From IMG/VR virus record IMGVR_UViG_3300044568_003085: 53,615 nt of DNA. One strand, 5' to 3'. Source of the DNA: a virus (lineage: Duplodnaviria > Heunggongvirae > Uroviricota > Caudoviricetes). The notes below the pieces were generated by a model, which was not told the origin of the DNA, did not search any database, and worked only from the letters and a program-made list of their open reading frames with translations. Every line of letters starts with the position of its first letter. Within the stretch, counting starts at the first letter, position 1. Made by a program: the position numbers and the translations under genes. Of this stretch, positions 26,124-34,958 are shown piece after piece.

Positions 26124-26699
26124 ATGACAAATAAACCAGACTTAAATGCACCTAGATTCAGAAAAATGACTGAAGGTACATTAAATGCAAATTTTATTAA
26201 ACTGTTAAAAGAAAAAGTTCCATCTTGTGCAAACTTATCTAGTGTTCAAATAAAAAATATTATAAACACATTTAATGAAAACATTTGGAAAACAGTAATT
26301 GATAAACGTGATGGTGTTGAGTTACCAGAATTAATAGGACATATATTTATTGGTACATGTCCTCCAACAAAAAGTAAAAATATTGATTTTAAGGCAACTA
26401 AAGAATACAAACAAACTGTTCAACATAGAAATTGGGAAAGTGATCAGTATGTGGCAAAGATATTTTTTACAACTTTTGGTAGTAAGTATAGATTTAAAAA
26501 TCATGAGTTATGGGCATTTAATCCTACTCGACAATTCAAAAGAGAAGTTAGCAGAACGTATGGAGAAAATTGGAAAAAGTATTTGCAAATTGATCCTAAA
26601 GTTAGAATCTCAAACATCTATAAATCAGATGCTTACAAGTTAGATAAAAAAGATAATGAACTAGAACAACTCAAAGACTATGATGAGTTCGCTTTATAA
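26124..26699 (+). CDS. divergent IHF/HU-like protein of the crAss tail module
   Basis: Helical N-half, then RDGVELPELIGHIFIG beta arm; position before the ring/muzzle genes. Confidence 0.6.
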   Translation: MTNKPDLNAPRFRKMTEGTLNANFIKLLKEKVPSCANLSSVQIKNIINTFNENIWKTVIDKRDGVELPELIGHIFIGTCPPTKSKNIDFKATKEYKQTVQHRNWESDQYVAKIFFTTFGSKYRFKNHELWAFNPTRQFKREVSRTYGENWKKYLQIDPKVRISNIYKSDAYKLDKKDNELEQLKDYDEFAL

Positions 26700-26707
26700 A
26701 TAATATT

Positions 26708-27379
26708 ATGATAACAATAGGTGAAGTACTTTCAAGAGTACGTAATCAGATTAAAGCTGTAAAGCAAGATGCATTTCTTACTGATAGATTTTTATATTCT
26801 ATGGTGATGAAACATGCAAAAATGCTTGTACGTAGACAGGATATACAAAATAGAATTATGAAATTCAACAGTGTATTCCAAGTATTAAATTACGTAGAAC
26901 TTATTGAAATTGATAGAGCTGAATCTCAATGTCATTGTATTACATCTGGTTGTACATTTAAACGTACAAAAAACAAATTACCTAACATGATGGAAGGTCA
27001 TTGGGGACCTATATTTAGAGGAGTAACCTCATTAGATTTGTCAGAAGAAATATTACCTACTTATCCAAATACATTTGAAAAAATGTCTAATCAAAAAACA
27101 TTTAAATATAATAAAAAGAAATATTACTGGTTTATGGATGGTCATATTTATTTTCCAAATCTTGAATGGGATGCTGTAAGAATTGAAGGTGTGTTTGAAG
27201 GAGATATAAGTGGATATAATTGTGACACAACAGATGATTGTCAATACATACAAGATAAAAACTTTGCTATTCCAGAATATTTATATGCTGAAATAGAACA
27301 AAATGTAATAAAAGATTTAGGTGCAATGATGGCAGTACCATCAGATCCACAACAAGATAATAGAAATATAATTAATTAA
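26708..27379 (+). CDS. tail ring (tubular) protein
   Basis: TIGEVLSRVR N-terminus, YYWF.DG.IYF and F.IPEYL..EI C-terminus. Confidence 0.7.
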   Translation: MITIGEVLSRVRNQIKAVKQDAFLTDRFLYSMVMKHAKMLVRRQDIQNRIMKFNSVFQVLNYVELIEIDRAESQCHCITSGCTFKRTKNKLPNMMEGHWGPIFRGVTSLDLSEEILPTYPNTFEKMSNQKTFKYNKKKYYWFMDGHIYFPNLEWDAVRIEGVFEGDISGYNCDTTDDCQYIQDKNFAIPEYLYAEIEQNVIKDLGAMMAVPSDPQQDNRNIIN

Positions 27380-27387
27380 TAAATATC

Positions 27388-28488
27388 ATGGCGTTAACTG
27401 AACCACAATATAGAACATTTGATGATTTATTAGATAGTGTTAAAATTGATTTATATACTTGGGATTTGGAAGGTCTAATTAATCCACAACAACTTATTAA
27501 AGTTGCATTACGTGTAAATTATGATTTAGGATTACGTATTAATCAGTCGCGTTCAAAAGCAATTGAAATACATAATGGTAAAGGTAAATTGCCAGATGAT
27601 TTTTATGTACTTAATTTTGCATTAGTTTGTGAAGAAAGATTTGTTGATGAAATACCAACTTATAATAAAACTTATACTGAAGGTATTTTAGAAGGTGTAG
27701 TTTTAGCAGAAAACTTTTTAGCAGATAAATTTGTTAATCAATCAACAACCATATTAGATATTGTACAAGGTAGTAATATAATTAATCATCAATTACATAC
27801 ACAAAATATTATAGTTCAAGCATTTGGTAATGATGGAACAGTATTAGATTTTGATGTTAATATTATTGATTCAGATAATATTACAATTGTATCTACATCA
27901 GTGACTACTGTACCAACTGTAAAAGTAATTATAATGGGTGCTAAAATTAGTACAATAGGTACAGGTTCTGGTTCATGTCCAGCATTACTTGATTGTGCAT
28001 CTGATGGTACACCGCAAGTACATTACGTAACAAATGGAAGAAGAGTTGATAGTAAAAAATTAATCGCCTTGCGTATTCAAAAATCTAAATCTGTAACAGA
28101 AGATTGTTTAAATTTGAATGTGCATTCGCATTATGATGCATTTTTAAGAAATGGATTTTTACATGTTAATTTTGATGAAGGTGTGGTTTATATAAATTAT
28201 CAATCTATAATGGAAGATGATGATGGTAACTTATTAATACTTGATCATCCATATTGCAATGAGTATTATGAATACGCAATTAAACAACGTATTTATGAGA
28301 ACTTGTTTATGAGTGGTGAAAGTGTATCAAATCATTTACAATTAATGGAACAAAAATTACGTGCTGCAAGGAACATTGCATTGTCATTTGTAAACACACC
28401 AGATTTTGGTGAAATGAAACGTTTATGGGAAATGAATAGAAGAGCACAATATCACAATTATTATAACATGTTTAAAAGTAATATTTAA
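27388..28488 (+). CDS. tail ring protein (P22 gp4-like adaptor) with inserted beta domain
   Basis: G.LPDDF, F.EG.VYINY.....D.DGN..I.D.P...EY.EY.IK; insertion at ~27742-27939. Confidence 0.75.
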   Translation: MALTEPQYRTFDDLLDSVKIDLYTWDLEGLINPQQLIKVALRVNYDLGLRINQSRSKAIEIHNGKGKLPDDFYVLNFALVCEERFVDEIPTYNKTYTEGILEGVVLAENFLADKFVNQSTTILDIVQGSNIINHQLHTQNIIVQAFGNDGTVLDFDVNIIDSDNITIVSTSVTTVPTVKVIIMGAKISTIGTGSGSCPALLDCASDGTPQVHYVTNGRRVDSKKLIALRIQKSKSVTEDCLNLNVHSHYDAFLRNGFLHVNFDEGVVYINYQSIMEDDDGNLLILDHPYCNEYYEYAIKQRIYENLFMSGESVSNHLQLMEQKLRAARNIALSFVNTPDFGEMKRLWEMNRRAQYHNYYNMFKSNI

Positions 28489-28494
28489 TAAAAC

Positions 28495-31400
28495 ATGAGT
28501 GAAAATACAAATAATACAGGTGGTGCACCACAATTAATAAATAGTTTTATTAAAGGAATGAACAAGGACACAACTGATGTCTTTGTTCCAGAAAGTGTAT
28601 GGATAAATGCAATAAATGCAATAACAAATACACACAATGGTGAAATAGGGTCAATTGGTAATGAACAATCAAATTTATATTGTGAGACTTTTCCTTATCA
28701 AGTAATAGGAATATTAAACAAATATAAATCTGAATGGGTAGTTTATTCAACAGATAATACAAGTTCTGAAATTGGACTATTTGATGAGAGTACTTGTACG
28801 TATACTAAATTAGTAAATGATCCATGTTTAAATTTTAGTACTTATAATTTAATTACAGGTGCTGTTAAAATGAATTATGATTGTACTTATTCTGCGTATT
28901 GGCAAGATAATTTAAATCCAGATAGAACAATGAATCTGGATCCTACACGTATACCATATATATGTACTCCAAAAACTATTACAGTTGTAAAAGATTTTTA
29001 TAATTATGTTATTTCATCACCAGCAGCTCCAAATCCATGTGGTGTTGGTTTAAATGTTAGTGGTGGGCAAGCTCCTGATCCACCTGGTTATTTTTCTTAT
29101 AATATTGGACTTGGTGCTATTTATGGATTAGTAACATTATCTTTTAATGCTTATAGTCTTCCTGATAGATTTGTTGTTGAATATGATGGTGTTGATGTCA
29201 TTGATACAGGATATAGAGGTTCTTCAGGTTATTGTGTGCCTGTAGTTGGTTCTGGTTCTGGTACAGCTTCGTTTATGAAAACAACATTGACTACATTTGC
29301 AATTTTAAAAGTATATGCACCTTGTGGGGGTACTGTTTGGAAAGCAACATTAGGATGTCCAGATCCTTCAGCACCTGGTACACCACCTTTGCCACCTCCT
29401 GCATCTTCAAGTAATATTTTTTATGAAGATCAAAATGGTGACATACTTGAAGTGCCAACAATTGCACCTGGTCAAAGTATAACAATATGTGCATTGGATG
29501 GTAGTGTTAATGATACAAATGTTGATTCAATTTACACAATTAATCAAACTACTATATGTGCGCAAGTTAATGAAGTAATAATAGATCCAAATGCTTGTGG
29601 TGAAGAAATTTGTACTACTGATTTAGATTGTGATCAACTTAGATTACATCCATTAGTTACCCAACCATGTGTTACTGTAAGTAAATCACAAGGTTCTGGT
29701 CAATTAAATAATGGTACATATCAAGCAGTTATTGCATATTCTGAAAATGGTATAAAATTAACTGACTACAGCATGCCAAGTAATCCACAAGGATTATGGG
29801 ATCATTCTGGTATTGGTGGATCAATAGATATTAATATTTCTAATTTAGATCAAAATTTTGAAGAGTTTCAACTTGTTATTATTGGTACAGTTAATCAACA
29901 AAGTACTGCAAAAATTATAGGATACTATTCTATTAATCAAACTCAAATACATTTAGATTTAATTAATGCGTCATTAGTAACAGCTGATCTTTCTATAATA
30001 CCTTTAAAATCAGTTGTTTATGAAAAAAGTGAAAAGATGTTTGACATTGGGGGATACTTGCTACGTAGTGGTGTTACTTCACAACCATTTTTTAATTACC
30101 AACCATTAGCAAATAATATTAAAGTTAACTGGGTAGCAGTTCAATATCCTTCTGATTATTATTGGAATGGTGGTAACGAAGTAGGATACATGCGTGATGA
30201 AGTATATTCATTCTTTATTAGATGGGTATATAAAACTGGTGCAAGATCTGCATCATTTCATATTCCTGGTAGATCATCTATATCTTCTGATTTAGCATTA
30301 GAACCATTAACTTCTCCAGATTTAATTGAGTTAACTAGAAGAAAACGTTGGCAAGTATATGACACTTCATCAATAACATCTACTGCTACAAGTACTAGAC
30401 CTGATGGTGGTGTAATTATTGCAAGAGGTGACATGGCATACTGGGAGTCAACAGAAAATTATCCAAATAGTCAACCAGAAGTTTGGGGTGATTTATGTAA
30501 TGCTCCTATTAGACATCATAAAATGCCTTCAAATGAAACAACACATATTCATAATGCTGGTGGTTCTCAGATAAATATTCTTGGTGTTGAGTTTACTAAT
30601 ATATTACAACCAACAGATGCAAATGGTAATCCGCTTACTGACATCATAGGTTATGAAATACTTAGAGGTTCAAGAGAAGGAAATAGAAGTATTCTTGCAA
30701 AAGGTTTATTTAACAATATGGTTGAGTATACTATTCAAGGTACTACTTCAATAAAAGGTTTATTTCAAAATTATCCATATAATGATCTTAGAACAGATCC
30801 ATTTATGCATACCCCTGGTGATTTAATATATCGTCAAGATATATTTTCTTTTCACGCACCTGAAAATAATTTAGTTAAACCATATGTTGGTAGTGGTGGA
30901 TATGTGCGTATATATACTGAAGAAACTGGTACAGCAAAATTTACACCTGAACTACCATATCAACATCCTCAGTTTAAATTTATGCACGAAGATGCATTTG
31001 CTGGAGCTGCATTAGTTTCTGCTGGTGTTTCATTACTATCGTTAATGGGTAAAAAATCATCAAATGCATCGACAACTGCACATACAAGACTTTCAGTTAA
31101 TACTGTTGCTGTACCTTATATTGAAACATGGGCAGTGGCTGTAGGAACAGGTGGAGGTGGTGCTACAGGTGGTGCTGGTGTTGAAACTACAACTGAAATT
31201 CCATATGCAAATTTTGATTCAACTATTGGTACTGCTTCTGAATCAGGTACGTCATCTGTTTATTCTGATTTAATAAATCATACAACTAGTACTGCAACAA
31301 ATGCTGCTACTGGAGGTGCTAGTGGTAATATTGTCGGAAGTATAATGAGTGCAATAAGTATAGCAGTAACAGCATTTGCAATTGCTGGTCAAGCTGCAAT

Positions 31401-33996
31401 GACTTTTTATCATTCATTTGATACATGGATAAAAATTATTTATGAGTTTATTTCTTATAGAGACTATGTATTACAAATTAATAGTCATGGTTTTTATGAT
31501 AATTTTTCAAACATTGTAAATCCAAATGCACCTGGTAGTGTAAAACCATCATTTAATAGATTAATGACTGCAAGTTCTGCAAAATATACAAGCGCAGGTT
31601 TGCAAGATTTTAATTCTAATTTAAGAATCAATAACTTAAACAGAAATAGATTTTTAACATTCCAAACAGTTTCAACAATACCAAATACATCTAATGTAGA
31701 TTCAAGTAGAACTTTAATACCAAATACTAATAATGCTTTTGCATCATATGATAATAATATTTCATCTTATTATGGTGCAATTAAATATGATTATCAAAAT
31801 CAATATGGTCAATTATATGCAATAACACAAATACCAGTAAATTCTTGCGTGTATGATGTTAGTGATGATCTTACTATACCACATAGTTCATCCCAAATAT
31901 TTGGAGGTGATGTTTATATAAATAGATATACAGAAAAAAGTCCATATTATTTTTATAACTCTTGGTTAATTGATGTACCTAATGGTACTGAATGGAATTA
32001 TCAAAATTATGTGAATGGTCCTGAACCAGAATACTGGTTAAATTCTATTAGATATGATGCTTCATTATTTAGTATTTCACTTAATATGGGTGGTAGTGGT
32101 GGTCTTATACCAGAATTTAATTTTAATACACCAGCAGATTATTATAATCTACATGGTTATCAATCAACTGGTTCACCAATATCATCAAGTTTTAAAAATG
32201 CTTGGATGTATTTATCAAATAATAGCATTCGTGACTTTTTTACTGAATCAGAATTAAATCTTGCATTTAGAGATTATGGTGAAAACAGTTGGGAAAAATT
32301 TTATGATCCAATTGGTAATTCTTTTAGTAACATATCATTAATGTTTAGAGCTGATTTAATAACAAAACCTACATACTATGAATATGATTTATCACTTAGC
32401 GCATCTAAATTATACAGTAACTTTTCATCCTGGTCAAATATTCTTCCAAGGGACTATGATCCAGCCATCTATACCACATGTTTTGAATACTACCCAAGAA
32501 GGGTTATCTATTCTTTACAACAACAAGAAGGTCTTAAAAGAGATAACTGGAGGAATTATTTACAATTTAACTACAAAGACTTTGAAGGAAAAGTAAATAC
32601 AATTAAATCTTTAAATGCTCAAGGTTCACTTATTTTATTTGAAGATTCAGAACCTATGCAATTTGTTGGTGTTGATACATTTCAATCTGCTGCAGGTGTA
32701 AAGTATACTACAGGAGATGCAGGATTGTTTCAACAAAATATGCAATCAATTGTCAATGCAGATGATTCATTCCAATACGGTACTTGTATTTCTAGTAAAT
32801 CTGTTATCAATACACCTTTTGGATTATATTGGGTATCCCAATTAACTGGTAAAATTTTAAACTATGCTGGTAGTGGTATTACAGACATATCACTTGGTGG
32901 AATGAAATATTGGTTTTTGGAAAATTTACCATCACCTTTATTGCAACAGTATCCAAATTTTCCATTATATGATAATGTAATAGAAGGTATTGCTGTGCAA
33001 ACAGTATTTGATTCTCAATATGAATTAATATATTTTACTAAAAAAGATTATCAACCAACTGCAGAGTTTGCTGAAATAGCTGACTGTATTGTGTATGTTC
33101 CTGGTCAAGGATATTTTATTAATGAATCATTATGTAATGAAGCACCATTAGTAATAACATGTCCTACTGGTTTTACTTATAATAGTGCTACTCAGTTGTG
33201 TGAAAAAATTACAACATTTGATATTTGTCCTGTAGGTTATACGTATAATGCAATTGATAATCAATGTGAATTAGAAGTAACTGAATTAGCATCATGTGAT
33301 ACTTGTATTCAATTATTAAGTTTTGATTATTCAAATTTTGGAGCATGTAAAACTACTGTATTTAGTGCAGATACTCCAACTGATTTTACTTATATTGATT
33401 GTAGTGGAATTTCTAATACAATAAGTGTTGGAGGTTCTCCAGGTGGTAATGGTTTTGAACAAATTTCTGTTTGTGAACAAGTACCTATTGGTGGTATTAT
33501 TCCACTAAATGATGTTTGTAATGACAACTTAGGATTTGTAACATTTAGATATAGAGATTGTGTAACACAAAACATGGTTGATGTTACTTATAATTTACCA
33601 ACAACAAATGGTGTTGTAACTACATTTACAATTGCAAATCCATTTTGTTTTGTAACTGGCACACTAACAATTATTGCAGGATTAACTGTGACTAATTTAA
33701 CTTATTCACAAAATTGTGGTTCAATACCACCACCTCCACCAACTTTACAACTTGTATCTTTATCAAATTCAAGTGCTGCATCACCATGTCCATATGGAAT
33801 TTCAACATTTCCTATTCAAGTTTGGGCATATCAACCTGTAACTGTTGGTTCAATAATTTATGGAACAAATATTGGTACAACACCTTTTCCTGGTGATGGA
33901 ACTTGGTATTATGTAACTGGTACATTGGCATATAGAATTGACATTGATGGTGTTGTATTAGAAATATTAGATTGTTCACCAATTTTACCAACATAA
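28495..33996 (+). CDS. muzzle / tail stabilisation protein (P22 gp10-like), N-terminal part with insertions
   Basis: F.KGMNKD, W.DN.NP.R..NL, MRDEVY.F, YGQ, D..G.C and GM..WF motifs; ends in a Cys-rich accessory region instead of the usual C-terminal motifs. Confidence 0.8.
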   Translation: MSENTNNTGGAPQLINSFIKGMNKDTTDVFVPESVWINAINAITNTHNGEIGSIGNEQSNLYCETFPYQVIGILNKYKSEWVVYSTDNTSSEIGLFDESTCTYTKLVNDPCLNFSTYNLITGAVKMNYDCTYSAYWQDNLNPDRTMNLDPTRIPYICTPKTITVVKDFYNYVISSPAAPNPCGVGLNVSGGQAPDPPGYFSYNIGLGAIYGLVTLSFNAYSLPDRFVVEYDGVDVIDTGYRGSSGYCVPVVGSGSGTASFMKTTLTTFAILKVYAPCGGTVWKATLGCPDPSAPGTPPLPPPASSSNIFYEDQNGDILEVPTIAPGQSITICALDGSVNDTNVDSIYTINQTTICAQVNEVIIDPNACGEEICTTDLDCDQLRLHPLVTQPCVTVSKSQGSGQLNNGTYQAVIAYSENGIKLTDYSMPSNPQGLWDHSGIGGSIDINISNLDQNFEEFQLVIIGTVNQQSTAKIIGYYSINQTQIHLDLINASLVTADLSIIPLKSVVYEKSEKMFDIGGYLLRSGVTSQPFFNYQPLANNIKVNWVAVQYPSDYYWNGGNEVGYMRDEVYSFFIRWVYKTGARSASFHIPGRSSISSDLALEPLTSPDLIELTRRKRWQVYDTSSITSTATSTRPDGGVIIARGDMAYWESTENYPNSQPEVWGDLCNAPIRHHKMPSNETTHIHNAGGSQINILGVEFTNILQPTDANGNPLTDIIGYEILRGSREGNRSILAKGLFNNMVEYTIQGTTSIKGLFQNYPYNDLRTDPFMHTPGDLIYRQDIFSFHAPENNLVKPYVGSGGYVRIYTEETGTAKFTPELPYQHPQFKFMHEDAFAGAALVSAGVSLLSLMGKKSSNASTTAHTRLSVNTVAVPYIETWAVAVGTGGGGATGGAGVETTTEIPYANFDSTIGTASESGTSSVYSDLINHTTSTATNAATGGASGNIVGSIMSAISIAVTAFAIAGQAAMTFYHSFDTWIKIIYEFISYRDYVLQINSHGFYDNFSNIVNPNAPGSVKPSFNRLMTASSAKYTSAGLQDFNSNLRINNLNRNRFLTFQTVSTIPNTSNVDSSRTLIPNTNNAFASYDNNISSYYGAIKYDYQNQYGQLYAITQIPVNSCVYDVSDDLTIPHSSSQIFGGDVYINRYTEKSPYYFYNSWLIDVPNGTEWNYQNYVNGPEPEYWLNSIRYDASLFSISLNMGGSGGLIPEFNFNTPADYYNLHGYQSTGSPISSSFKNAWMYLSNNSIRDFFTESELNLAFRDYGENSWEKFYDPIGNSFSNISLMFRADLITKPTYYEYDLSLSASKLYSNFSSWSNILPRDYDPAIYTTCFEYYPRRVIYSLQQQEGLKRDNWRNYLQFNYKDFEGKVNTIKSLNAQGSLILFEDSEPMQFVGVDTFQSAAGVKYTTGDAGLFQQNMQSIVNADDSFQYGTCISSKSVINTPFGLYWVSQLTGKILNYAGSGITDISLGGMKYWFLENLPSPLLQQYPNFPLYDNVIEGIAVQTVFDSQYELIYFTKKDYQPTAEFAEIADCIVYVPGQGYFINESLCNEAPLVITCPTGFTYNSATQLCEKITTFDICPVGYTYNAIDNQCELEVTELASCDTCIQLLSFDYSNFGACKTTVFSADTPTDFTYIDCSGISNTISVGGSPGGNGFEQISVCEQVPIGGIIPLNDVCNDNLGFVTFRYRDCVTQNMVDVTYNLPTTNGVVTTFTIANPFCFVTGTLTIIAGLTVTNLTYSQNCGSIPPPPPTLQLVSLSNSSAASPCPYGISTFPIQVWAYQPVTVGSIIYGTNIGTTPFPGDGTWYYVTGTLAYRIDIDGVVLEILDCSPILPT

Positions 33997-34012
33997 TTTA
34001 AAAATAAATAAA

Positions 34013-34957
34013 ATGGCATGTACTTGTTTAAATCCTTCATGTACTCAATCTGTTATTAATGATTTAACATATTGTACTTGTTTAATTGTAGTTCCTGCAA
34101 CAGCATGTCCTGTTGGATGTGAATATAATGCACAAACAAATCAATGTATTTGTACTGAAACAGCAACTCCAATATTTAGTCCAGTTTTGACACCAGTTGA
34201 TATTAGAGATTATTTGGAAGAAATTAGATGGACAATTAGTTATGATCCAAAATTAAAAATATGGTTATCCTTTCATGATTGGCATCCTGAATGGTTAGTG
34301 TCATCTTATGATCATTTTTTAACAATTAAAACTAAATCTGTAGGTGCTGCACTTGAAACAAAAATATGGAGACATAATGTTAGAACAGATAGTTATGCAA
34401 ATTATTATGGTGATAATTATCCATGGGAAATTGAATATCAAGTTGCTACACCTAATACCATTACAACATTAAGAAATATTGAATATACACTTGATGTGTA
34501 TAAATATTTTAATAATGGTAAAGATACTTTTCATAAATTAGATGAAAATTTTGATAGAGTAATTATTTATAATTCTGAACAGATTTCTGGTACATTATTA
34601 CTAAATTTGAAAACTAAAAATAATCCTCTTGATTTATTAAATTATCCATTTCCAACTGCAAATGGTATTAACATTCAATATAGTAAAGAAGAAAATAAAT
34701 TTAGATTAAATCAGTTTTTTGATGTAACTAATGATAGAGGTGAATTTACTGGTGCTACTATACCAATGTGGGTTACTGCATTAGATGGGTATCATAAAGT
34801 TTTAAATCCAGTTAATACTAATTATTTTAAACCTGCTGCTGAACATAAAAAGTTTAGACATTATGGTAATAAAATAATACTACGTAGAAATGTAAGTGGT
34901 GAGAATAAAATGATATTGAAATTTGTTAATAATAAATATTTACTAAGTCCTCGATAA
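34013..34957 (+). CDS. muzzle / tail stabilisation protein, C-terminal part
   Basis: WTISYD....W.SFHDW.P, IW.HN, YG..YP.EIE and N.EQISG.L.L motifs that normally end this family. Confidence 0.8.
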   Translation: MACTCLNPSCTQSVINDLTYCTCLIVVPATACPVGCEYNAQTNQCICTETATPIFSPVLTPVDIRDYLEEIRWTISYDPKLKIWLSFHDWHPEWLVSSYDHFLTIKTKSVGAALETKIWRHNVRTDSYANYYGDNYPWEIEYQVATPNTITTLRNIEYTLDVYKYFNNGKDTFHKLDENFDRVIIYNSEQISGTLLLNLKTKNNPLDLLNYPFPTANGINIQYSKEENKFRLNQFFDVTNDRGEFTGATIPMWVTALDGYHKVLNPVNTNYFKPAAEHKKFRHYGNKIILRRNVSGENKMILKFVNNKYLLSPR

Positions 34958-34958
34958 C

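Noticed and set aside
33130-34957. Diversity-generating retroelement target/template pair
   Set aside because: No second near-identical copy with adenine-specific mismatches and no reverse transcriptase were seen in this window.
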